This document shows, one piece after another, positions 47,314 through 59,199 of a stretch of 64,000 bases of DNA. A program made the translations under genes and the position numbers. The stretch is taken from positions 151,838,001-151,902,000 of the forward strand of contig OZ296648.1 of the NCBI GenBank assembly GCA_965655095.1, written 5' to 3'. This DNA is from Haplodiscus bocki (Eukaryota). The stretch's first letter is position 1; each line of letters opens with the position of its first letter. The notes beneath the pieces are model-generated. The model saw only the letters and a list, made by a program, of their open reading frames with translations, had not been told where the DNA came from and searched no databases.

Positions 47314-50300
47314 TTGTATTCTTTCGAATGTTTTGACCCGCACTTCCCTCAGGAACTACGCTCTGTACAGCATTTTCTCGTAGATTCAAAAATCGAGTTT
47401 AGGAAGAAGACTGTTTACAATTTTTGTTTAACAGAATACAGTCCAACCTTCATTAACGAAAAGCTGACCGAAATCTTCAATGGCTTAAACTGTGCAGTCA
47501 AAATCAATCTATCCTTGAGATTCGTTCTCCATGACCCTGTGGAAACACAAGTTTTTAGATACTTTTATCCGGCTGACAACAATCCTCTTTTCCAGCTCCC
47601 TTTGACAGTGGCAACTGAAGAAGATCTTGACAAATTGAAGAACAAAGTGGAGCAGAAACACTTATTCAACCAATGTGTATCTCATCGTCCAAATTCCAAA
47701 TGGAAATTCTTCAGGCTAACAATTTTCATGGTTTTCGCTTTCCATCTTACAGATATACCTCTTGGTTGTCAAAACGCATTGCTACCTCTTCTTAGACATC
47801 CGTTAGTCGAAACATTCCTCTCTCACTCCGATAAGAAAACCTTATCATGATAATCTCTTTGTTCTGTGCAATTGCTTTCGAAAATTTTGGCAGTGATGGT
47901 CTCGCGGCTTCGACAAAATATTTAGTATCGGAGTTTCTTTCAAAAACCGGAAAAGACAGAAGAATTTTACCGAGTGAAATTCATAATGTTGAGCAGATCG
48001 TCCAAATGAACCTACAAGTTTATTCCATTTGTTTTGATGAAAAGCAGAGCCTAATAGGAGTACTCTCTCATCAGTCAGCAATTTTGTTCTCTGACACCAT
48101 ATCTTTGCTACAATATGATAATCACATATGCTGGACGAAGAACATTGACAAATTCCTGAAAAAGTATCGTTGCCGTAATTGCGAGAATTTTTGGTCTCGC
48201 TCTTTCAACTTTCAGAGACATATCAGAACCTGTAGTGAACGTATAACTCACCGCTATCCTACTGGCCCCTACCAATTCATTGAAACTGTCTTTGAGAATG
48301 TCAGAAACCTGGATATTGAGGTGGAAAACTACTTATTCAAAAACCTGGTTGTCTTCGATTTTGAGTCAATCACCGTGCACGATCAATCTCTTAATCATAC
48401 AGACTCCACAACCTTCATTGGGAAACACGTTCCCATAAGCGTTTCCATTCATTCAAACCTTATCTGACAACCTATTTTCATTTGTGACATTAACCCTCGC
48501 TGTTTGGTTACCAAATTTGTTCCGGAACTACTAGTTTTTTTCAAGAACAAGTTCCATGGAATTGCGTCAAATGTTTGATCCATACTTCCAAATAAATCAA
48601 CGGAAAAAAACCAATTAAAGGGAAACATGCCAAAGAATGCAGATGACAAAAAAGAGGATGAAGCATCAAACCAGATATTTCTACGGTATCCTAAAAAATT
48701 ACATGTTGGAGTCAAGATTGAACTGGAGAGGTATTATGAAAACCTATATGTTTTTGGTTTCAACAGCTCACGCTATGAACTCAACCTCATTAAAGATTAT
48801 TAACTTGAAAATTTTATGAGGGATTTCCACTGCTCTCCATCAGTTATCAAATCTTGCAACAAGTACATTGCAATGAATTCCAGGGGATTATAGTTTCTGG
48901 ATGTTCTAAAGCTTTTGGGTGGTGCAACGTCTGTTGACAAATTCCTGGAAGCATATGGAACATCGGAGCAAAAAGGATTCTTCCCTTACGAATGTCTCAA
49001 TGAAAAAGAAAAGTTTAGACACACTGAACAACTGAATGCGAATGCATTTTACAGCAAACTCAAAAACTGTAACGTGTTGGAAAAAAACTTCAATATGTAA
49101 AATTTTTTACTCAAAAAGGTGATATCTAGCAAAGTTGCTTATAAAAAACCTAGACTGACGTCTCCTCCCCACGGAAAAGAACAAAATTATGAAGATTTGA
49201 AAGAAGTATGGAAAAGGAACCGTATGGAATCGTTCAAGGTTTTCCTCAGGCGGTACAACAATGAAATTGTTGTTCCTACCCTTGAGGTTTTACGAAAAAG
49301 GATTCAGTTTCATTACCAGAAAGGATATGACTTGTTGAAGTCAAGTTTTACCTTACCAAACATAGCCATTCGCATCCTCCATTCGTTAACCTCACTTAAG
49401 TTCCTCCAATTCAACCAGGAAGATGAAAGTTCTGAGGACTGTACACGCAAAAGGCTGAGAGCAGGTTCGTTGAACATTGTCACAAGACATGCAAAAGTGT
49501 GAAGTTCGAGAATCAAAAACAGTTCCAAAAGAAGTAAGATTATAGTTGGTAACGACACCAGTCGGCTCTGTCCCTTCTCAATGATGAAAGATATGCCAGC
49601 AGGAGTCTACACAAAATGGGACTAGCGTGAAGACACAGGATTGTTTCATCCTCAGAGGAGCAGAAAAAAAACAATCTGGAATGCACCGTTCTGAAATACT
49701 TTCAGAACCAGAACCCACATTCTTCTAGTCAGACTCAATTCAATCAAAAATCACGAAAAGGATTCGGTGTATTTTTTGTTGATGATTTTTGCTCACATTG
49801 TAACACAGTTCTTGGGGTGCTTGGATGTTACTGGCATTTTTGTCCATTTCAAGAGAAGAAGGGACTACCTATCGATGAAATTCAGAAAAGTGTGAAAATG
49901 TCGTACTTTTGGGAGTACGACAAATGCGGACGCAAGTTTCTGTTGAAATGTGGATTCAAAGTTTGTGAAATTTGGGAGCGCCATTGGTGGAAGAACGTGA
50001 AAAACAAACTTGATGGTGTTGGGGACTATATGAAAACTATATATCCGTCCCAGAAACAGACTCTAGAAAACAAGTTGATTGGAAACATCAAGAGCGGCTG
50101 GAGGTTCGGCGTAGTTGACTACACAACTGAAGTACCTAAACGTTTGAGTGAAAAGTTCAGTGAATTTCCCGTTTTTTTCAAGAATTGTGCAGTCAGTTTG
50201 GAAGACATTGGTCCGCACATGAAGAATTTTGCACATGAAAAATTTCTTATGAAGAAACCTATAAAAATGCTGATATCGAGTTTCTGTCTCCAAGGAGGAC

Positions 50301-51285
50301 CAGTAATCACACCTCTCCTTCAGTTTTGTCTAAAAAAACGTCTGGTATTGGATCAATTTTACTGGGCTATCCAATATACACCCAGAAATATTTCGAGTTT
50401 TTCGCCAACTCGGTCGTGGAGGCTCGACGAGAAAGAGACAAAAACATATCTTCCTCAGCTGTTGCTGACACAATGAAACTAATTGGTAGTTCTTCATATG
50501 GACGCCAAGTTATGGACCGGGCAAAACATTCGAAGACTCAGCATGTTGTTGGACCAGAAGTTGATAAACTAGTGAATAAAAAGGATTTCAAAAACTTGAT
50601 TGTGCTTCCTTCATCCATTTATGAGGTTGAAATGGTTTTGTCAGAAGTGAATCACAAAGAAACCATAATTCTTGGATTCTTCATTCTGCAGTATGCAAAA
50701 CTCACAATTCTACAACAGTTTTACAATTTTTTTCAAGTGTTCTGTGATTCTCAAACGTACGAGCCAATCGGAATGGACACAGACAGTCTTTATATGGCTC
50801 TAAGCGGAGATAAAGTTGAAGATTTCATAACACCAGAGATGAAACTAATATGGGAGATGAATAGAGAGAAAGACTGTAGAGATGACTTTAGAGCCGATGA
50901 ACGCTACAATTTTTTCCTCAGAAACTGTTATCAGCAGCATAGGAAATTCAATCAGAGGACAGCTGGACGTTTCAAAGAAGAATTTAGATGTACTGAGATG
51001 GTTGCTCTTTGTTTCAAAACTTATTGCTGCTTTGATGAACCGTCGAGAGTAACCAAGTTGAGTCGCAAAGGACCTAATGAAAAGTCGTTGAATGATGAAC
51101 CCATCAATGAATATCGCGTAGTGTTGGAGGAAAAAGAGAAAGTAGTAACATGCAAAAGAGGTTTCCGGGTTTTTGGAAAAATTAAAGTATGTACATACGA
51201 GCCAAAGACAAATGGACTGTCTTACTTTTATCCGAAACGTATAGTATTCAGCGATCAAATTCATACCAAAACTCTCCAAAAATAA
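47314..51285 (+). pseudogene. Protein-primed family B DNA polymerase (Polinton/Maverick/adintovirus-like), frameshifted
   Basis: C2H2-like YRCRNC..QRHIRTC; Exo I VVFDFES; Exo II FGFNSSRYE; GFFPYE; YNNEIVVP; motif A-like IVGNDTSRLCPFSM; GCYWHFCP insert; KLIGSSSYG; MDTDS; LSYFYPKR before the stop at 51285. Confidence 0.88.
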
Positions 51286-51829
51286 TTTTTGACATTTAAT
51301 CTTTTTATATAAGTTTTCTTTAATGTCTACAGGTTTGATTTTCAATTCTGTGCCCAATTCAGTTTTTTCGTACATTTATTTCAGTTTCTTCCAGATTGAT
51401 AGACAGTTATAAAGTTTTCAACTCTTCATCATCTCTTTCACCGATCAATAATTTAAATTTCAAGTAATTGAATTCGCATGAGCTTTTTCATGATTGATGG
51501 ACTTCAGTAATTGATTTTTTTTCACTCAGCAAAAAATACGACTCTAATAAGTGAGAATATTCAAGTTTTTCACACTCTGTTGATTACGAATATTTTGAAT
51601 ACTTTGCTTTTTGAGCGCATTTTCCATTCTTCAAGGAGTATGACTTGAGCCAGCGAAGACATTGACTTTTTTCACAATCTGATGAATACCAATTTTTCGC
51701 AAAGATAACTTTTTGACTACATTTTTTACTCTTCAATGATCTATGACTCGACTAAATGAGGACATTGACTTTCTCACACTCTCATAATTACAACTTATTT
51801 GCGCATAGATGACAAACCGAGTATCTTTT

Positions 51830-52680
51830 CTACTATTTTTTTTGGACTATTTCAAACTTTTGTTAATTTTTTTGGAATTTTCAGAATTTTTTTGAGCTTT
51901 TTCCTACTCTTAGAAACAATTTTCTCTGCGTTTTGATAGTTTTTCACAACAGTTTGTTGCTTTTTTCCGCATTTTTTGCACTTTTTTCCAAAAATTGTGC
52001 ATTTTTTTCAACTTTTCAACACTTTTGCACAGAACTTATGAACCTTTTTTTCAATTTTTCTCCGACTTCTGTTGCAGTTTTTTGTCACTTTGATGTTTTT
52101 TTAAAACTTTTTGACGCATTTTTCTACCTTTTCTGTACTTTTATTTCAATTTTTTGCATTTTTTCTTACTTTTTTCAACTTTTGTTTGCTTTTTCGCATG
52201 TTTTTTGCAAATTTGTCATTTTTTCTTACTTTTTTCAACTTTTGTTTGCTTTTTCGCATGTTTTTTGCAAATTTGTCATTTTTTCTAACTTTTTTCAACT
52301 TTCCCACACTTTTTTAATTTTTTCATGCGTTTCTCCAAGCTTTTTGCACTTTCTTCCAACTGTTTTTACTTTTTTTCGTTTTTTTGACACAGTTCATTTC
52401 AGTTTTTTCCATATTTTTCCGAGTTTTTTCCGCTTTCAAAGCAGTTTTTTCAAATTTTTAATGATTTTCCATATTTTTTCTGACGCTTCTGCCAACTTTT
52501 TTGCATTTTTCTTTCAACTTTTTTGCACTTTTCCTTGCTTTTCTCAATTTGTTTTCGCTTTTTTTCAAGCTTTCTGCACTTTTTCTCAACTTCTCTACAC
52601 TTTTTTTTTCAACTTTTGAACACATTTTTTCAAGTTTTTAACACTTTTTGTCAATTTCTTTTTGCAATAAATAACTTTTT
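51830..52680. repeat. T-rich low-complexity tract with an exact ~60-bp tandem duplication (~52158-52285)
   Basis: Poly-T-rich sequence; ORF 51933..52619 shows the repeated IFSYFFQLLFAFSHVFCKFV. Confidence 0.8.
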
Positions 52681-53631
52681 TCCTATTTAGCAACATTGTT
52701 TCCAATTTTTGGCCATTTAGTTCTCTGTTTAAGAAAGTGCCTACTTTAATTTCAGGATGCAAATTGTAGAAGAAGTAAAGTAGTAGACATTGCAGAAAAT
52801 CTTGTGACATCTGCACAAGATTTCCAATGGAAGTATAGTGCCTTTTTGGTTATACTGTGAATTATTATATACAAAAAAATCTTAACTTGAAATATTGTAT
52901 GCTTTTCCTTGATTTATGGATTGCTATGTGAGATATGCTACGGTTTTGCTCTCTAGGGTTCCGCTGAGGAACTTCAAACAACTTTTTTTCAATAGTTTCG
53001 ATTGAGAACGAATGTACCGATTGAAAATTCGAAATGCTGTAATTTCGGATTCGCTAGATTTTGAGTTTGAGCAACATGAAAAATATTTTTATCATTCCAA
53101 TACGTATCGTAATCACGACGGTTCAAACAACAACTATTTGAAACACAATGTACATTCGTTAGAGTCCGATCGTGTATTGGATTAGCCTTGACTAAAGGCC
53201 ACGGGGAGAGGATTCCCCGCGTTCCTGAGACTTCAGAAGACAACTGAGCTAGACAAAATCGACAGCAAGTAGGCAGTTTTGAATATTTTCTCAGTTCTAT
53301 TCATTTCAGTTCTTTTAGACCACAGTGAACTTCACTGAATTTGGATCATCAGTCGAATCAAAATCATAGGTCACTCTTTCAGCGTTCGTAACTGCTGACA
53401 TCACACCAGCAGAGTAAGCACTTTCACAAACTATAATCCTTTGACGGGCTATTAGCAAACATAGTTCTCAACAATAATTACCTTTTAATTACAATTGTTT
53501 CTTTCATTTCTAACCTTTGAAAAGTCAGTATGCATTCGCCTAATTACTCTAATTAAGTACGCGTAATAAATCTCTCCGACGCTAATCCGCAAACGGTGGA
53601 ACGATTTGAATTCCCGGTCCGACGATTACTA

Positions 53632-53712
53632 GCTCCCGTGGCGCCGCGGATACGACCGGCGGCCCGATTTACTTTTGCACTCCATCCGCTCAGGTTCGAA
53701 CCCCGTGGAGAC
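53632..53712 (+). ncRNA. tRNA-derived (Pol III type 2 promoter) sequence, pseudo-tRNA or SINE head
   Basis: A-box-like TGGCGCCGCGG (53639), B box GGTTCGAACCC (53693), partial acceptor stem ctcc/ggag. Confidence 0.4.
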
Positions 53713-53949
53713 CTCGTCTTCCTCCCCCCCACTTATGCTCACACTATAGTACTTATGTGCATAGCCTATGGATCCGCTGGGTCGAGCGTTCATCAAATAT
53801 ATCTGGCGTGTGATTTTTTCATGCCAAAAAAGATCCTATCATTCCGTCGTAACAGAGATGAGTAGGTTCGAGACGTTCTGGGTCACTTGGAACTTCAAAT
53901 AGGGCGTGTCTATTGGTGGAATTTGCTAGAGAATCGTTGTTAGATCATA

Positions 53950-55400
53950 AAAAATTTGATTTTTTTACTCACATAATGCTTGACGCCTTTTATTCAAGCT
54001 TCTCCAAGACCTCCAAAGAGAGTTGTGCAAAGTAATATGAAGCTCCAATTCATTTGAAGATTCACAGTGACGGCGAAGACAGTGACTGCATGTTCAAATT
54101 CGGTTTTAACTAGCCTGAATTGCCTTCCATTAAAAGAATGTTTGTTAGATGGACATCATTTTCTGGCAGCAAATTGATGCAAAAAGTCGATGCAGGCGCG
54201 AATGATTAGGACATATACGGTAGCAAATCGAAGTGTACGACTGACAAAGCAAACGATAGGCTGAAAACTTGATTTTGGCGGCGTAAGAGGTCTGTCCTTG
54301 ACAGTCCAAAGTCCTCCAAAATGTAACCCTACTTCAGCTGCTTTGATTTGAACGTTTTTTCTTGAATTCGGAAGATCGCCAACTAAAAAAATCTATAAAC
54401 GGAAATGCTAACGAACGCGACTACTCCCAACGCTTTTTCGGAACCAGTTCATTTTAGGAAAGTCACAACACGAAAAGGTTTAAAAATCTCTGCATCGATG
54501 GCGTTATCGTGGCTTTCTCTAAGTTTGCAAAGGATACATTCCATTCCTTTTGCCTCGTTTCTTCGGACTCGTTTTCAGAATTGATTGGTTGTAAGCCAGT
54601 TTGGTCCAGATAACCGCATTGAAGATTTTTTCGAGGCTTTAGGGTCTAGACCCCGTGAAATAGTATATAAAGCGTTTTGATCACCAAGCACCTCACGCCA
54701 TACAACAACTTCGTAATCTGGTTTTTTTGAGACTCCTTTTGCTACGAAACTGGGACATTGATTAGGTTGTTTTGCAAGCCACGATAAAACAAATGTAAAG
54801 CGGTGCAGGCATGTCCGGAACAGATGCTCAAATATAACTTCACAGGACTTCCTGGGAAGTGCAGCTGCGAACGTCATTCCAGGAAGAGCCGAACACTGTT
54901 CCCGCCGGGGAAAAACTGTGTTTTCGACGAAACTTTGTAACATCTTGCTAAAATGCACTTTTGGAAAGTCCAAATCGATCAAAAGGCAGCACATAAACGC
55001 CAGCCGAATAGCCTTTCCAAATGCGTAGCCGAACAAGTTTAGGGAAACTTTTTCAATGTGTTCTATTCTTGAGACAAAATCATCTATCTCAAAATCAATC
55101 ACCGAATCACAGAATGCTTTTGACCTTCATTGGAAACATGAATTGGAAACTTCCAATGGAAGCGTTTCATCTCTTTGACTTTTCGAGTGCCTTTGTTTTC
55201 GCATGAGCCTTTAAACTTTAAATTGGCGGGAGATAGCTAACCAAGTGGATCTAAACTGTTGGCTAACTGACTCAAAGGCAGTGGTTTAATTATCTTGTCT
55301 GATAGGTCTCCTCTGAAGTGATTGATGATGAAAGTGAAGTTTTCTTCAGTGGGACTCCACACGATGCCAAGTGCTTCAATTGTGTGGTTCTCGTTAAGAA
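53950..55400 (-). pseudogene. PIF1-family helicase relic (possible Helitron/Helentron Rep-Hel; may extend to ~57060)
   Basis: Walker B-like EIDDFVS; motif III-like PGGNSVRLFLE*RSQL in an alternative frame; motif IV-like LTTNQF..LCKLRESH..D; heavily decayed. Confidence 0.4.
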
Positions 55401-58400
55401 ATCAGGAGGAAACGCAAGCTTCACAATACTCAGGAGGAAAGCCTTCTCTCAAGCAAAACATGATTCAATACAAGTCCATTTTCTAAACTCAAACTGTCAT
55501 TTTTTCAACGTTTCTACAGTGCCGATGTACAACTTCAAGGTAGTTATGGTACCATTTAAGACGCCAACCACAAAATTGCTGAAATCAAGAGAATCATGGT
55601 TAATTTTAGGTGCAGCATCAAAGTTAACATTTTCAAAGAGAGACTTTGTTGTATGACTCAAAGACCTAGTAGTGCCAGAATTCAGTCACTCTGGTTGCTC
55701 GATAAACCTGAATGGGTTCGTTTGAATTCTTCCACCGCAACGGAATCGAGAATCACGATCTTGATTAGCAAGTTTTATTTGGCGGTTTCTTATGGACTAT
55801 TTCAGCCGACCTAGCAGTTTAAAACAAGCTATATCTGATCAAAATAACCATCAAATCATCTTGTCATTTTGTTACTACTAATTGACGCTCTTTAAGAGAA
55901 TAGCCATTGATGGTTTTTTTTAATCAAGTCAATTACAACACCATGTCTCGTCTTCAAAAGCCACAATGTTGTAGCACGTGGAATTGTTCGGACTTTCTAA
56001 CTGATCGTCAGTCACTTTTTAATAAATATACCACATCGATGAAAGCTCGAATGAAAGCCGTGTAGCGTTCTTTCTTGACGATTCATTTGTTTTCTCTCAC
56101 GTTTAGGAAAATGGGCCATAGTGTTAACTTTGCCTGAACCTTGCACGAGCCAATGGATGTTAAAGGCATTTTGGCTTGAAATTCTGCCATTTTGTTTTCG
56201 TTTGGTGGTTTGCATTAATTGTACAACCCAACCATTTCTTTTTTACACTAGGTTAGGTAAGTTTTTCCCGCCTGGCACAAAATGGAATTCCAGAACAATT
56301 GTGATGCGAACGCTGTTAATAGGAGTTATGTTATTTTGGAAGTTAACATTCGAAAATTGAATGAGTAGCGTACGTTCAATCCATTTTTTCTAATTTTACT
56401 TTTCTCATTATGTCATGCAGCAAATCTGCACCTAAGTACACTTGAGTTCAACCTGGTGAATCCAGATGAGTCTCGGTTCACTGGAGTTTTGTTTGTGCAA
56501 TTTACTTTTCACACATTTAAGTTCTTAGGAGAAAACAGATTGAATCCGCTGACAGCAATGCCAAGTTTCGCGTGAATGACATGACTAAACGTTTGTTGAA
56601 AACGTTCTATATATTTGGGAGGGGAAGGACGCAAAAGGTGCTACATTGATTTGCTTCTGCTGAAATTTAAACATCAAAGACTGTTGTGCTTTTTGAAAGA
56701 AACTTGCTAGAACTTAAGAGCTTGGCGACCCTCGGAATTTCGGCGGGTTGCCATTGGGGTCCTCGTTGTGCACCTGATATCTGCTGGCTTCGAGGCCGCA
56801 CAGGAGGCAGTATCACAAATAATGGACTTTGACCGCATTAAAACATGCGGCTAGCGGCAAACATCAAATTTTTGGGGAAGCGAGCAATCGGTATTTCTAA
56901 TCCAAACCATATTTACAGGCATGTGATGCAGCACAAACTTGAGTTGCTGGCGAGGCAACGAGCTTTGAATTGCTCAACTTGGGTATTGACTCCTACTGTT
57001 TGAATAGTCGGCCGGTTGTTTTCGGCTCAATTGATCTGACATGAGTAGTCGCCATATGCTGCCTATAGATATTCATCTTTAGATATTCTTCATTTCCTTC
57101 TATCTGTTTTCCATGTCTATTAGTTTAATGTTTTTCAAAGATGTTTCTTCTCCTAATGAAAACCGATGAAAAACAGAATCATTTACCTTGCTTGTTTTTA
57201 GAGGGACATTTTTTGTATAAACCACACTCGGTGCGTTAAGTAAAAAGACAGTTTTAAAAAAAACAATCTTGACTTTCCAAAAAACATGATCTTTCAAAAA
57301 CAGAAAATATATAGCTATTCACACCATATACGTAACCACATGCAATTTCGAGAATGTTTTTTCTAAGGTAAACACTTTGCATTTGTTTGACTGGTTGGTC
57401 GTTTTTTAATTAAAATGCCATCTAAAAACTGCTATGGTGAATATTATTTTCACTGATTTTTGTTACATAAAAACTTTGAAATATTTCAATAGGAAAAATA
57501 TCTTCCAGGATCATTCACTTTATCAGACCTGGAAAGGTGAAAAAAAGTGAAGCATATCCAAAAAAAACACAGGGTCACAACTGTAGAGAAAGCTAATTAA
57601 AAAAACTAATTAATGGCGACAACTACGAATTTAGAAAGATATTCCAATGAGTTATTTTATTTAGAAAAAACTACTCTAAATTTTAATACTTTTCCAAAAC
57701 ACAAGCAACGAGAACAGAATACTAAAGCATATAAAATCTAAGAATCAATTTCCAAAAAATGGTGACATTACAAAATGTATAAAATGTTATTGTAATGTAT
57801 AATGAAAACAGTCATATATACGAAATGCAATGAATTTTTGCAGCGTTCGCATTTAAAAAATTGACTTGGAACTTGCGAGTAGTTTTCATGAACAAAACAA
57901 ATTTTTTTTCAATAATCAAATCTTTAGAGTAAATGGTTACCCAAAAGAGTTACATGCGCTGCTTGCAACTCAATTTGAAGGAGGGAAGCTGCAAAAAACC
58001 TACTAAATGCGAAAAAGGATTTTTTGTAACAGGAAAAATTATCTGGCACTAACGTGAAACTTCCAAATTTGTGACAGTGACAGTCTCCAAAAAACATTTA
58101 CAATCATTCAAAAGTTTTTGAAATATGGAAAAAAACTTCATCACCATGTTTGCAAAAAAATTCTAACTCTCAAGAAGGGACATAGTTGTACAAAGAAATG
58201 CAAATAAAGTTTTGGCAATATGTAGCACGAAATTCTACAAAAACACAAAACATCAAAAAAGCATTCCAAACTGAAAATAGAGCACATTCATTAGCTTATT
58301 GTTTATGTGAGAATTGTAATTTTGATGTTATAAAGTCATAATATGAACAAAGTTTTCCTATAGAGCTTGTCAAAAAACACAATTAAATCCTGATGAGATA

Positions 58401-59199
58401 AAGAAATTGAGAAAGAAAGCTTATACATCAAACAATTCATTTACCTTCTCAGTGAAAAAGGAAAAAAGATACACTGCAATTTAGGTTTTCAGCCCAACAG
58501 TATGCTGATACAAACATTAGAAAATCTCATATTGAAAATTTAAGAAAAGTGTTGCTAAATGCTTTGACCAAAGATGCATTAGGGCTATGCAGGAAACATG
58601 AAACAAAAGCATCACAAAAAAGTAGGACTTTTCATGGAAATTTTGATAAATTAGGTTATGATAAAAGAGACGCTAAGAAGAAACTTGTCGACGCTACTAT
58701 CAAAAAACACTCCAGAGGGAAACCACTATAAAACTAGATGCAATTCAGCGAGGGAAACAACAACCAGAATTACATAATGGTATTGAATGTCTTGAAATGA
58801 ACGGATTCATATTTAGATTTGACAAGCTTTTTGATAAGGCTTTTACATTTTCAAACACAGAAAAAAAAGGATGTTCCTGTTATGTTGATCTACCATGAAA
58901 CCATTTTTCAAACGTTGGATCAAAGTTGGAAGTGTACTATTTGACTTCTATGTCCATTTTGGATTACCTTAGCTCTTTTGTTTCCAGCGAAAACTGTATC
59001 TTTAACTAACTTCCACGAAAGTTTCTTTATAGCTATAAAAACAATCGAAGAGGTTTAAATAATGACTTAAATTTGGAGGACAACCCACTTTGAAATATAA
59101 GAGAAATCATCAAACAACATCATTGATATATTGTAATCTGAAAAACGGTGGCCGACTCTTTTTGATACGCTTGTTGTAACAAAAAATATTGAATGTCAT

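Noticed and set aside
50845-51375. 176-aa minus-strand ORF
   Set aside because: Antisense shadow of the pPolB coding sequence.
51933-52619. 228-aa Phe-rich ORF as a membrane protein
   Set aside because: Artefact of T-rich low-complexity sequence with a non-ATG start.
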